Shown here one piece after another: positions 24,561 through 37,630 of a stretch of 64,000 bases of DNA. Position 1 is the stretch's first letter. Each line of letters begins with the position of its first letter. A program made the translations under genes and the position numbers. This DNA comes from Narcine bancroftii (lineage: Eukaryota). The notes beneath the pieces were generated by a model that did no database searches, was not told where the DNA came from, and worked only from the letters and a program-made list of their open reading frames with translations. The stretch covers positions 5,084,001 through 5,148,000 of the forward strand of contig NC_091475.1 of the NCBI RefSeq assembly GCF_036971445.1, given 5' to 3'.

Positions 24561-25059
24561 TAGTGGTCAATGTTTACATTTCTGATTTAAGTCTTCTCTT
24601 TGCTAATCCAGCCTACTTTTTCTCTCTTTCTCCTTTGATTTTACTCACTCCATTACCCCTTGTGCTTTTTCTCCTGTGTCTTTTTCAGTCTATTAATTGT
24701 ACTGGTTAAAGAGATCAATTCCATCATCCAGCTAATATTTATACAATGATATCAATTAAGCAGATATTGAAATGGACAGGATCTTGAATGATTTAATAAT
24801 CTGCTCCAGCAATGGATTATTACTTTAACCAGCTTGGCCCAGAATATCTCACATAATACAGTGATGCTGGTAGCATAACTGCTTTCACAACCAAATCTCT
24901 GTCTTTGATGAAGTCCTGTGTTTTAGAAATCCTTCCTCAGATTTTGAAGTGGATCATTCTGTCAAATACCATTTTCATAGGACGGGAGGTTAAGTTAAAG
25001 AACTAATATGCAGAGACTTCAACTATTCTTATAGAGACATTAATTTAATCACAACACAT

Positions 25060-25232
25060 TCAGAAATATGAATTATGAAACTTCTGTATTGCTGTCAAAC
25101 CAATATCATTCAATATTCTTCAGAAAAATAAATCTTTACTATGGTCTGGTTATATGTCACCACATTATTTTTAACTGCCCTCTGTAAAGTACCAATAAGC
25201 CTCTCAGTTGATGGTGAAATTAGGAATCAACA
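25060..25232 (+). mobile_element. Ancient Deu-domain SINE relic (SacSINE1/AmnSINE1-like)
   Basis: 'ggtctggttatatgtcac...ttaactgccctctg...aagcctctcagttg...aattagg' resembles the Deu-SINE core as I recall it; strongly diverged. Confidence 0.6.
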
Positions 25233-26444
25233 TTATATTGATTGGATAGGTTGACAGAATGGCAGCAGTGCTGCTGTGGAATCATGTTTGAATAAACATG
25301 GAGGAAGCAAACAGTTGCTAAACATGGGATTGGTGTATTGAATGGAAAAAAAGTTTGCCAACAGTGCAGGAAATTAATATTGTAATTATTATTATTTTAA
25401 TTTGACCAAAGTCACAACAACATATTTCAATTAATATGGCATTAAATAATTGGAACCGAAAATTGCACAATATACCTGCTTATTTGTTGAAGTCATTAAG
25501 TGAAAACATAACATACTTTGGCAATCAAATGCAGACTCGTCATAGAGTAGATTAAAGAGGCAAATGCAATCCATTGGGGTTTTCTTGTTCATGGTTTACG
25601 TGAAGAGTATTGCCACTAGTCAAATAAACAGCAATTAAAAAGAAGGGTTGGAGAAAATGCAGGAACTGCTCGGCAGGTCACGCCTTGTTTAGGAAGTCAA
25701 AAGATTGATGATCACTCATCAAGTCTAGGAAATATGGAGAACGTATCTTTTAAATTTCTCTGAGAGGGGAAAGATGTAGGATTAAGAATGGACAATGTCT
25801 GCAATAGGAGGGACATCAAGTGAGATTGAATAATGCAGATGGTGTTTTTATCAATTGAGAAACTTGGCGAAGGCATTTTAAATGCAGATGATGTGTCTGG
25901 AAGAACTGAAATTAGTGGAAGCCTAGAGAGAGGGAAAACATAATGCTGGAACTGGGAGATATTGGATATTTCATTCGGTGAACAAATTGTACCAAATAAG
26001 AGGATAAAAATAAATTACACAATAAAAAGTAACATGGTAGAATAATGGTAAATGGTGTTAAAATGGGATTGCATAGGTAAGAAAATTGAGTGACCAATGG
26101 GGGATAAATGGATTGAAGCAGCTAACAGGAGGCCCTTTTACACTGTCCTTGAAAAATGGTAATTAACTGCCTTTTAACAGTTTTTCCTACCTGTGTGAAT
26201 ACGATGAACATGAGATGGAAAGGGGAGGGGTCATTTTCATTTCAGTACTTACCCGCCAAGGTAGATAGTATCAGTGCTGATTCATTTTGCATCGGCTCCA
26301 ATGCAAAAGACTTACTCACCTACCCAGGTCCAGGACGGTGATGCATTGATGATGTTCAGTGCATGTTTTCCAGCAGTAGTTTTAAGCTAGCTAGAAATAG
26401 CAGCAGGGAGATTGCAACAGTTTGTATACATCTCGAAATTGCAT

Positions 26445-27794
26445 ATGTCTAATTGGGGAGATAAGGAGGTGTGGGATCTCCTTTCCATCAAAGGGGAAGA
26501 GGAGATACAGAAAAATCTGACAGGAACTGTGAAGCACTGCAGTTGAAGGAGCATGGCTTTACAAGGTGCAGATAATTAATAAGTTGAAGTTGGTGAAGAG
26601 AAAATTTCACGTGGTCAACGAGGGTAGTTGGATTGGCTCTATTTTGACCAGTGCTATGCAATCTGGGGCTATGGCTGCTCAACAGACCCTGTTGCCCTTG
26701 TGAGCACCATGGAGGATGCAGCCCCTCCTGAGACAGTTCCAGCTGCATCTCCGGCCTCCTGCAGAAGTGCTGCTGACTGGGATGTGACCAGCTTGGATCA
26801 GACGCCACCAATGCAAATGTCTCGATAGGCCAGGTAAGAACAGTTTTGCTTGTGGCTGCAATTTTTCTCATGTCTTTCTGTGATTGTTCATTAAGAGCCA
26901 TCTAGCTAATTTCCCTTATGCTTCATGGTTCTCGTAGTGTCTGCTGCGGAAGAAGAGACGTAATGGGGGAAACCTACGTGGTCACAAGGGAGATAAAGGA
27001 GATGCTACAGGAGACAGACTGTGAGGACTATGAGAGGGCTCGCCTTCAACAGGAAAGGCAGGTGGACCACGAGGCAATGATGTGGCGTGAGCAGATGGAG
27101 GTGGAGAAGTTGGCATGGGAGGTGGATGCACAGCACATGGATGCCTTTGGGAGAATGGTTGACAACACTTAGCAGGAGATGCATGAACAGACCTCCCTTA
27201 TGCAGGAACTGATTGGACACATGGCATCTCCTGCACCATATAACCCTGCTCCCGCTCTGCATTGAAATTCCGCAAGATATCACCAAGTTCCAGCACCCCC
27301 ATGGCAGTATTATTCAGCACTACCAAGTCATGCTAGGCCCTTTCAAACTTCCATGTAAAATGAGGTTAACCAGACAATTTGCCCAGTTAAAAGGGTCTGA
27401 CCCGGTCAACCCTGTAGGAATCCAACCAGGTCCCTAATCTACCTCTGAGGTAGTCCACTAGGTTGCGTCCACATGTGATTTGAAAATGAAAATGGCTGAC
27501 CCACTTATTCCGGCGACGTCAATGCTTTCGTGCGTGCGTCACCGAGCAGCCAACACCTAAACATCCGGCAGTACTTCCAGTGAGTGTGTGACATGTCATT
27601 GTGGGGGCGGGATCCCCCTTAAATCGCCGGGTTGGCAATTTAATGGGTCGATTCCCCCTGCAATTTAAAAGGTGCTTCAGCATCTTTGCCCCAGTAATTA
27701 CACCTGGGTCCCAGGAGGGCTACCCAGGTGCTGACGTTTAAAAGAGGCTACTTAAAGGCTCCACCGCCATGGAGGAGGGATACGAATCATCTAA
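26445..27794 (+). pseudogene. Harbinger Myb/SANT-like DNA-binding protein gene (predicted intron 26834-26937)
   Basis: MSNWGDKEVWDLLSIKGEEEIQKNLTG and DWLYFDQCYAIWG (trihelix Myb/SANT pattern); CAG|GTAAG donor and TCTCGTAG acceptor; charged coiled-coil C-terminal exon; several disablements. Confidence 0.8.
27335..27749. mobile_element. Harbinger-type MITE nested in the Myb gene
   Basis: TIR AGGCCCTTTCAAAC / GTTTAAAAGAGGCT (11/14); 3-bp flanks gct/act. Confidence 0.7.
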
Positions 27795-27959
27795 TGCATC
27801 ATCACTGTGTTGTTCATTAAAACTTGTTTATTGGTGTTTTTTCAGGTTTACAGTTGTACATAGTTATTTGCAGTTGAATTCACCATTTTAATTGTTATCT
27901 AAATGTTTCATTTGCACTACTGTTTCCTTACATGTGCAATAAACATTCACGAAAATGCG

Positions 27960-29660
27960 TTACTTGTTTGCATAATTTATTTACGGAATGGACATAATTG
28001 CTTCATGGATCCCCTGGTTACTTCACGCTTGTGAACCCTGATAAACAACTCCATCAGACTCAGGGAGATCGGTTAGTTCAGTGTTCCACTTGGGCATGAA
28101 TTGCTCCTTGTTAATTTCACATGTATTGTGTAGGACACAACAGACAACAACAACGTCTAACGCAATAGTGGTACAAAAATGAAGATGTTTGGCCAGGTAC
28201 CTCCAGCGATCTTTGAGATGTCTGAAAGCATTCTACAACCACCAGTCTTGCCGAGCTCAAACAGTAGTTGAAGCTTCTCTGCTGATGATCGAGAACTTGG
28301 TGGCTAGTGAACCCCTTCATTAGCCAATTCTTGAGGGGTTAAGTGGGGATTCTAATTAGAAGCACGGAAATTTCCACTTCTCGAATGATTTTGGATTTCT
28401 GTGGGCAAAGAAATGTAGACTTTTAAGTACCTTATGCACCCTGTGACAGCACAAAAGGTCAGTTCACCAATGCCTTCTAGTGGCCATTTGCACAATGCAA
28501 GGATGTAATCTGACCCTCAGTCAGTCATTACTTCAGTTTATAAAAATATTTATTTCACTTTGAGTACTATATGATTGCATGTGACAAGTAAAAACAATTG
28601 ATTGCTTGAGCTACACATACATCACTGTAAAATGGGGCATTACACTTACTTCACATGGGAAGAGATACCTGCCCTGATCTTTGCCCTTTGAGTAGATGGA
28701 TGAGTTGGCTAAGACTTGAGAATTGTGTGTGTGACCAGGCCAACCCACATGCACATCTGTGAAGCTGGAACAACAAAAGCACAGTGTGAAGCACATTGAT
28801 GGATGAAGACAAATAATTATAACTCATGCCACAATTCTTACTGGCAGTTGTGACCAACAACAGCTTGAAGAACAATGGAGTACCACCCTTTCTGATTGTC
28901 ATAGGCAGCTGCATCAACATGGATGGGGATTGATGGCACCAGCACATGTTGGGTACCCCGTTCTACAAATTCGTCCATTGTCTCCTGAAGGCACACTACA
29001 CTCAGTAGGTCACAAAACGTCTATAAAGGGTCCTCTTCAAGCTCCATTAACTTGGTGCTCCAACACACACACACACAGTGGCCACACCAGCACCAAAAAT
29101 ACGACTAATGAATTGATGTTCCGATGGGGTTTCATACCCACCACAGAGCAACGGTGAGTCTGAGCCAAGGTTCCACGGGCCGTAACCACTTTGTTGTCTT
29201 GCGCCTCAATTGTGGCTTGAGGAGTTCCAATACAAAGTCAAAAGTGTTCTGAGACATTCGTAAGTGACTCCGCCACTCATCTTCATTGAAATTGTTGAGG
29301 ATGTTAGACCAGNNNNNNNNNNNNNNNNNNNNNNNNNNNNNNNNNNNNNNNNNNNNNNNNNNNNNNNNNNNNNNNNNNNNNNNNNNNNNNNNNNNNNNNN
29401 NNNNNNNNNNNNNNNNNNNNNNNNNNNNNNNNNNNNNNNNNNNNNNNNNNNNNNNNNNNNNNNNNNNNNNNNNNNNNNNNNNNNNNNNNGATAGCCGCGC
29501 AAGATGACTCAAAACAACCAAACATCTCCTTCTGTGGCTTCTCAGCTCCACGCGCCTTTCTGCTTCAAACAGCTCCCTGCTTCTCTTCAATTTCTCCTCA
29601 AATGTTTTTCTGATTATAGGCACATGTTGTTCACGCAGATCCAATAGTCCAAAAGTTTAT
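27960..29660 (-). pseudogene. Harbinger DDE transposase (HARBI1-family), 3 exons: about 29660-28842, 28764-28650, 28398-about 27960
   Basis: EWRSHLRMSQNTF, CAGAI, NQKGWYSIVLQAVV, FTDVHVGWPGHTHNSQVL, WLMKGF, FNYCLSSARLVVVE. GT-AG introns at 28841-28765 and 28649-28399. Catalytic Asp positions degenerate; frameshifts present. Confidence 0.9.
29313..29489. other. N-run inside transposase exon 1
   Basis: 177 N. Confidence 0.99.
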
Positions 29661-30879
29661 GCCTTAAGTTGAAAATGATGTGCAGCAAATTTGCATGATG
29701 AGTACCATAAATGAACATGGCTAGCATACGCACCTCAAAATTGCCCACCATATTGTGTACCAAAAGCTGCCATTGCCTGGCGTGGACATTATACATCACA
29801 CAGGGCGCCAACACTGTTAATGCAGGTCCCACCTCCTTTTGACCCGAGATGCCGGGTTGCTGTGTAAAAGGTGGTACTGAACCGGCTTTTCTTGGTTCAG
29901 TGCGAACACTCCGATCCGACCTGACCTGGCTTTAAACATGGGTCATTGACACACCAATTTAGTAGGATCTCTGTGAAAAAGGAGTTATGGGTTCAAGCAA
30001 TTAGCAAACTAACATTAAACCATGTTCAAAATATCCAATTACTGTAGAGCAACAAGCTGCACAACAAATAGAATATTGATCTATAGAGTTAAAACAATAG
30101 ACTACGTCTATAAATGCCATGCTGAAAATGAACATGCTTCTGCTCAGGTTAAACTAAATTATCTCTGAGACACAAGTGAAATATTTAAGGCATGGCAGCA
30201 ATGAAAGTAAAACCCAAGATTAATTCCAAGGGGAGAAATTTGTCTTTGTTCATCAGTGTTAAATGCGTCAAGCGAACTGGAAACTCTTTATATTCCTCTT
30301 GCAATGACTTTATTAAGACTGAATGATAGGAGGTGAGTGTAACCAGCAGCCAAACTCTCTGCTTTGAATTTAGATGGGACAATGAAAATCAAATTTAGTG
30401 ACAACACAGTGTTAACAGGAAAATTATTCAGAAACTAAGTGAAAAACAATTCCCATAAAAGGAAAAGAGAAAATAAATGTAGCATTTGAATTCTAATTGA
30501 AATGCTATAATGTGACAAAGGACATGGTTTCAAATAAATCGTAGGCAAATTATAAAATGTTCTCTTTATACAGTGATCAAACCCTGGGCAAGATCGCAAA
30601 AGCCTTGCAATCAGTTAAGAATATTATGATGCTTCCTTGGAGGGGGGGTGGGTTATATCTTTTTGTACTTGTACCCATTTGTTAAACTTCAATTATAATG
30701 GCCCGGAGAATCCAGCAAGAAGAGAAACCTGGGGAAAGTGAGAGAATGGGACTGGATTTCACAACAAGCATGGAGAGGAGATGATAAATGTAGAAAATAG
30801 AAAGAAAATTAAAGAGAAATGCTGAAAATGCTCGATGTAAGGAGAACTAAATGATTATTTAGCTGTGAAATATCTGACA

Positions 30880-31312
30880 GCAGATTTCATTGTTCCAAGT
30901 TTGTTTATGTATTGAAAATGCTGTGATAGAGCAGAACAGTAGACATGCCATGCATAAAGCAAGTAAAGCACAGTACAAAGTGTAGAATTACAGAGATGGT
31001 ACAGAGTGAAGGCTGCATAATTTTACCATTTTGAGGAGTCTAAAAACAGTGGAAAAGGAACTATCCTTGAATCTTGTGGTACATGATCTTATACTTATGA
31101 ATTTTCTTCCTGTTGGAAGGGGAGGTGAAGAGTGCTTGGCCAGGTTGAATCTTTGAATATGTTGGCCACTTTTGCAAGGTAACAGGAGTTAGAGACTGAG
31201 TTATGCTCACAACCCTTTGCATTTTTTGCACTCTTGGATGGAGCAGTTTCCATATCATGAGGTGATACACCCTGATAGGATACTTTCCAGTAGATGTTAA
31301 GAGAAGCTGGTG
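30880..31312 (-). mobile_element. Old Rex/Babar 3' fragment
   Basis: Similar to 21890-23140 (cttcctgttggaaggggaggtgaagagtgcttggccagg; ccctgataggatactttc). Confidence 0.55.
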
Positions 31313-32268
31313 ACATAGAACCATAGAACACTACAGCACAGGAAAGAGGCTATTTGGGCTTTCAAGTCCATACCGCTTGTCACACTGAGCCTCACCCATT
31401 CCATAACCCTCCAGACCTCTCCCATCCATGTATCTGTCCAATTTATTTTTAAATATTAGGAGTGAGCCCGCATTGACCATGTCAGATGGCAGCTCGTTTC
31501 ACACTCCAACCACTCTCTGAGTGAAGAAGTTCCCCCTAACTCCGATTTGAATTTACCCTGTCTCTACCTCTCATAGTTTTGTCCACCTCTATCAAATCTC
31601 CCCTCATTCTTCTACGCTCCAAGGAATAAAGTCCTAACCTGTTTGCTCTTTCCCTTTAACTCAACTCCTGAAGACTTGGCAACATCCTAGTAAATCTTCT
31701 CGGTACTCTTTCAATCTTACTGATACCCTCCTGTAATTTAGTGACCGGAACTGCACACAATACTTCAAATTTGGCCTCACCAATGTCTTATACAACATAG
31801 AACAATACAGCATAATACAGGCCCTTCGACCTTGATGTTGTGCCAACCCATATATTCCTTCCTAAAAAAAAGTACTAAACCTTCCTTACCTCATAACCCT
31901 CTATTTTTCTTTCATCCATGTGCTTGTCTAAGATTCTCTTAAATGCCCCCAATGTTTCAGCCTCTGCCACCATTGCTGGCAAGGCATTCCAGGCACCCAC
32001 AACTCTCAGTGTAAAAAAGTCTCACCCCTGATGTCTCCCCTAAACTTACGTCCCTTCACTTTGTACAAGTGTCCTCTGGTGTTTGCTGATCTTATCCTAG
32101 GAAACAGGTGCTGGCTATCCATCCTATCTATGCCTCTCATAATCTTGTAGACCTCTATTTTCCCGTATTCAACCCATATAAACTTTTCTTATCCATGAAC
32201 CTGTCAAGACATCTTTTAAGCATTGTAATTGTACTGCCTCTTCCACTTCCTCTGGTAGCTAGCTACAT

Positions 32269-33130
32269 CAGATTTCAGATTTATTGTCAGAGTACATACA
32301 GGGCATCACATACAACCCTGAGATTCCTTTTTCCTGTGGGCGCAGCAGAATTACCACTAATTGGTCGTGTAAAAATTAAACTGTACACAGTGTAAACAAA
32401 TAAAAGAACTGTAAACAGATAACGAATGTAAACAAACTGGCTGTGCAATGCAGAGAGAATAAAAGAAAATCAAAAAAGTGCACAAGTAGTCCTTTAATGA
32501 GTCTCTGATTGAGTTTGTTGTTGAGGATTATGATGGTGGAGGGGTAGCAGCTGTTCCTGAACCTGGTGGTGTGAATCTTGTGGCACCTAGACCACTTTCC
32601 TGATGGCAGCAGTGAGAACAGAGCATGTGCTGGGTGGTGAGAGTCTTTCATGATTGTTGCTGCCCTCCGATAGCAGCATTCCCTGTAGATGTACCTAAAT
32701 TTGCTTACCCTCTCCACCTCTGATCCCCCAATGATCACTGGATTATATACCTCTGGGTTTTCCTTCCTGAATTCAACAATCAACTCCTAGTTTTGGTGAC
32801 ATTGAGTTCAAGGTTGTTGTTGGTGCACCATTCAGCCAAGTTTTCAATCTCCATCCTGTATACTGACTCATCCCCTCCCACTACTGTGGTATTGTTGCAA
32901 ATTTGTAGATGATGTTATTGTCATACCAAGCTTCACAGTTGTAGATGTAAAGTGAGTAGAGCAGGGGGCTAAGAACACAGCCCTATGGTGCTCTGGTACT
33001 GATGGAGATTGTGGAGGAGATGTTCTTACCAATCCTCACTGATTGTGATCTGGAGGTGAGTAAATCCAGGATCCAGTTACATAGTGGAGTGTTAACTGCC
33101 AGGTCTTGGAGTTTGCTGATAGATTTTGAG
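32269..33130 (-). mobile_element. Rex1/Babar LINE 3' fragment with internal deletion
   Basis: MIVEFRK...EVERVSKF / KDSHHPAHALFSLLPSG...TTRFRNSCYP; tail cagatttcagatttattg. Confidence 0.9.
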
Positions 33131-33378
33131 TTCTGATCGCATACCTACCATCCACCATTTCAAAAACACGTCCCTCAGGTCCCCTTCAAAATTTTCCCCT
33201 CTCATCTTAAACTTGTGCTCTCTAGTTTTAAATTCCTCTGCCTTGGGAAAAAGGCTGAGACCGACCACCTCACAACATTACAAATCTTTAACAAGGTCAC
33301 CCCTTTGCCTCCTGTGCTCTCGGGAAAAGAGCCCCAGCCTATCTATTTTCTCCTCTTAACTCAAGAATACTAGTCTTG

Positions 33379-34149
33379 GGGGAGGTGGGGGGGAGTCACG
33401 TGATGGAGTAGTGGCCGGTAGGAAAAGTGAAGAAAATACAAATAAAAGATAAAGTTGTGAAGAAAAGAAAGAAAATGGCACCCAAGAAAGAAAAAGTAAA
33501 AACAATGGGAAAAAAAGAAGAAAAGAGCCCGGAAGAGAAAGGAGAAGGCCTTACCTGCATAAAGAAATGGAGCCATCATGGAAAAAAGTGCCCGTTCCCC
33601 AAGGTTGGTGACGACCCTGCAGAATCATGACCTCCCGACCGCTGGACTGCAAAAATGGCTCTCTGAGCCAAACAAAAGTGCACAACTGCACACACTAAGG
33701 AAAAAGAGAACACCGACTGGAGAGGGACCCATCTGAGGAGTGAATAAACACAGCACGACCAGCTGAGGGATGCCCAACACCAGGGCTCTCAGCTGGAAGA
33801 AGAGGAAAGCGACAGGAAAGGGAGTGATAGGAAAGAAGAACAGCAACAGGAGGCCCAACAGATGACTAGCCCAGAAGAAGGACCAACAGCAAGAAGCCAA
33901 GCAAGAAGAAGCCCAGAAAAGTGAGGCAAGCAACTCAACAAGAAAGTCAGAAGAGACACAGATACAAGGAAGAGAAGAAGACTCAAACACAGATGCAGAC
34001 ACAGAAGAAGAGGAAGAAGAAGACCAAACTCTGCACAGAGAAATAGAAGGTAAAATAGATGGACAGCATATAGATTTAAAAAATTTTCAAGAACAAATGA
34101 GAGCATTAAAAGAATGGTTGACATTAGAATTTAGTGAAATGAAAAGATC
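33379..34149 (+). mobile_element. L1 5'UTR + ORF1 start, 3'-truncated, flanked by a perfect 10-bp TSD
   Basis: Homologous to 7469-8260; TSD actagtcttg at 33369-33378 and 34150-34159. Confidence 0.9.
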
Positions 34150-36614
34150 ACTAGTCTTGACAAAATTCTTGAGAATCTTTTCTGCATGCTGACGATCTTA
34201 TTCACATTCCTCCTATAGTCTGGCAACTAGAACCACATAAATATTCTCATCAACCTCCAACACAGCTGTAACATTTTGTACTCCTACATCTGACTCCTCC
34301 TCATCTCTTGATTGTCATATCCCTGGTTTGGAATAAATCCCTGCATGAGTAGGGAATTTCTTTCAATTAAACAAGCAACTAGACTGCCTACAAAGACCGT
34401 GATCTTAGAGAAAAGAAGCATTTGAAGTGGGGCAATCAATTTTGAAAATAGAAAAGTGAAAAGAATAGGTCAGATACCATTGAATTTAATACAGGATTTG
34501 ATTATCACTGTTTACTTTGGCTTCCCAGCATAGTATATAAAATGATATTACAACCATATATTTTTAGTGTTTAATGACATTGTTTGTGGATGTAACTGTA
34601 AGTTATGATAGGATGCTTCAATCAAATAGGTTGTCTGAACATAAAGGTGAAACAGTCGATGGGAAAATAAGCCAAGTTGGAGGTTCTAAATTAAAGCACG
34701 TAACAGTTGAAGATAGTGAGTCAAAATATGCCTGAGTATCCACTTGTTGATGTGGTATGTTTGTAACAGAGTTAATGGCAGATATCAGCAATAACAACAA
34801 ATGAATATCTTTAGTGAGATAAATTGCTTTCAGAGAAGACTTTAGCAGAGAGGCTCCAAAGGAAAAGGAGCAGCCTGGAAGCAAGGCTGTCAAAGTAGAA
34901 GAGAATCAATGACATGGAGGTCCTGAAAAGACCAAAAATGGATATTGTAGAACTCGCGTTCAGGAATAAAATTATTTTGGACTAAACATACTGGTGGTAC
35001 CAGGCCCCCTTATTTACTTGTTGCATTTGTCGAGTACATTATTTGCATATTTGACTTTAACCTTAAAAAAACTCATGGTCAATAGTCAAAATGTTAATTG
35101 GCTCATGAAACTGAGAGAATCTTGTCTGCAACTACATCAGATAAAAAATTATCAGTTTTCATACAAAGCAGCACTGAATCTCCCTCCCCAATCTTCTGGT
35201 AAACTGCAGCGTTCCAAATATTTTATGATATCCTTAACAGCATTGATGTTGGGTTGACAACTTTCTTTCCCCATGAAGGAGAATTAGATTCTTGGGATTA
35301 TTTGTTCCATCTGAATCCTCAAGCAATATTGATCTTCAATAGAATTTTACTTAACTACAAAGAAAAACTTAGCCTGAAGAAGGTAAAAAAAAGACTAAGA
35401 AAGATGTTTAAATTTGAAGGAAAAAATACTTGATACTCTTGAATAAATAATAAATTTAAATTTTAAAAGATCTGGAAAATGTCAATATTAATGAGACATC
35501 CACCTTATACTGAGAGAGGGGATGTTCATTTTCTGTTGTAAATATTGCAGATAATGTAGCTGGAATGCTCTCTACTAAAATTCAGTGACTTCAGTAGAAC
35601 TGAATTACAAAAGCTGAAAGTAAAGGCATGTATTTCAGTACATCATTGTAGATTTGGCACAAACAGATTTCAGTCTCAACAAATCTGTTTAATCCTCCTA
35701 ATATTCTTACTGCAAAAGGCAGAAAACACAATCAGACAAGATGTGGTTTATCCGTGCTCCAGTAACAAGCTTATCCCAAAATGATATATGATTAACTACA
35801 GGTGAGACATGTCTGTTTAAATAAGCAGATGAGAGTCTTAATGAGGTGTGGGTCTATTGTGGCCTTTCCGAAGCCAGTGTAGTTAGTTTAAATCGCATTC
35901 CAGAGATTGTAGCACAAAAATCGAAGTGTTAAATTTGGTGATCGCTCCTGAACAATAAGGTCAAAAGTGAAAGTCATTAACTGGCAGAGTTGGTGGAATT
36001 TGTGTTGCAGTAGCGAGGAGATGTTTGTTTCAGCTGACACTGAGATAATGGAATGGAATGTCGCATAAGGGCTGAAAGTGTTCTCCTAAATGGGAAATTG
36101 ATGAACAGCAAGCATCAGTTCTGGATTAACAGTGCAACACCTCCTTGGTAGTGGAAGTTATACGTTTACATCTGTTAGAAAACCATGCTGATCCTTCAAT
36201 GAAGTCATGCTATGATTGAGATATTTTTAAATTCGTTTTCAACATTTATTTTCAATGATCCACAAGGAATAGTCTTGAGCACCTTCCTGAACTGCTGCAG
36301 TTCCTTCTAATGAAGCCAAACACTTCCAAGATTTATACAGAGTGGTAATGAAAAATTGTACATTAAAAATTAATGAAATATTTTCAACAGAGACTTAGAA
36401 GAAACCTGCGTGTGATCGTGTTCCCACAGGCTTGCTACCTGTTCCTTCTTTGTGACTGAGGTGGCGGATTTGGAAGGTGCTGGCAAGTAATTAGTTTTTT
36501 TTTATACGGTTGACATGCACTGCATCCACTTTAGTGGAAAGATTTAGATTTGTAGAAAGTGGCTGAATTGTGTTGTATAACTGTTCATTCCACAAATAGA
36601 CACAATTCCAGCAT

Positions 36615-36900
36615 GTAGAATGGAAAGAGATACAGGAGGATCAGAGCCAGCACCCACCAGGTGGAGGAACAGCTTCATCCCACAGGCCGTGAGAATACCA
36701 AACAACTAAAGGAACTGTTAACACTAACCATCTAAGACGCCCATATTCATGAAACAATACTTATTTATTTATGGAGATGAAATACTTGTCGTGCAAATGT
36801 ATGTGTGTTACGTCTGGTTGTGTGTCTGCATGTTTTGTACCAAGGGCCGGAGAATGCTGTTTCATTGGGCAATCAGATGACAATAAACTTGACTTGACTT
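36615..36900 (+). mobile_element. Rex/Babar 3' end
   Basis: agatacaggaggatcagagccagcacc...gaacagcttc...caataaacttgacttgactt; related copies at 58550-58850 and 60480-60900. Confidence 0.8.
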
Positions 36901-37184
36901 CGAGTGTCATGAAGTGAATCAGATTCTCCAGGTTCGCCAGCTTTTGAGCGATTATTAGTGTGAGTGATCAAGTTGATGATTAGATCTATTGTCAGAGAAG
37001 GTTGATGTCTTCCTCTGATTAATATTACCTCTTATTAATAGTTGCCTGAATGTAGTCCAGCTATTACTGCTTAACTTTATGTAGACTTTTGAATGAAAAT
37101 GAACATTGTGCAATCAACCATCATTCTGACTTTTCAATAGGAAAGGATCCAAAGGTTCTCCTGTGTCAAACAATAGTTGGATTG

Positions 37185-37325
37185 GGTACAATCAACATGA
37201 ATCTATGAAATGGAAATTGTGTTTTATCCAATCTATTTCAGTTCTTTGAGGATGTAAGATATTTCGTGTGTTAACCAGGTGGAAATGCAGAGTATGAGGA
37301 GTAATTTTCTGACATGGATTGAGTA
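37185..37325 (+). mobile_element. Old CR1 RT fragment
   Basis: Degenerate QHGF..GKSCLTNL..FFEDV motif (caacatgaat...ttctttgaggatgtaa). Confidence 0.5.
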
Positions 37326-37630
37326 TTGGTCATTGGACTTGAAATAGGATCCCCCTGGTCTTGGGAAACCCTGATTCCTCCAGGAGAGAGACCACATGGT
37401 GCACTATCTTCTCTCTGTGGGGTCCAAACTATCAAACTAGTCGACTGGCATGGCGTGGCGTGGCACAGTCGTCAGTCCATCCAAGGATTTTATATTCCGA
37501 TCCCAGGTTCCTTTACTAGATGTGGGTTGCCTCCGCTGCCCCCATTGGTGAGCAGGTACACTTCCTGCATGGTTAGTACTTCACGTGTGTCCAGACAAAA
37601 CTCTTTGAACCCTGCCTGCAGCACCAATTG

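Larger units (their letters stand above)
26129..29984. mobile_element. PIF/Harbinger DNA transposon, near full length, two convergent genes, decayed
   Basis: Myb/SANT gene on +, DDE transposase on -. Left end GGCCCTTTTACACTG; right end reverse complement CTCCTTTTTCACAGAG; subterminal motif copy at about 29860. Confidence 0.88.
31315..34290 (-). mobile_element. Stack of three CR1 3' fragments (31315-31795, 31795-32155, 32160-34290); the third hosts Rex and L1 insertions
   Basis: (catagaa)n tails; minus-strand LYKTLVRPNLKYCVQF; the third copy is collinear across 32160-32268, 33135-33378 and 34150-34290. Confidence 0.85.

Noticed and set aside
27960-29660. Domesticated HARBI1 host gene
   Set aside because: Frameshifts, stops and degenerate catalytic residues; paired with a Myb gene inside TIR-like ends, so it is a transposon fossil.
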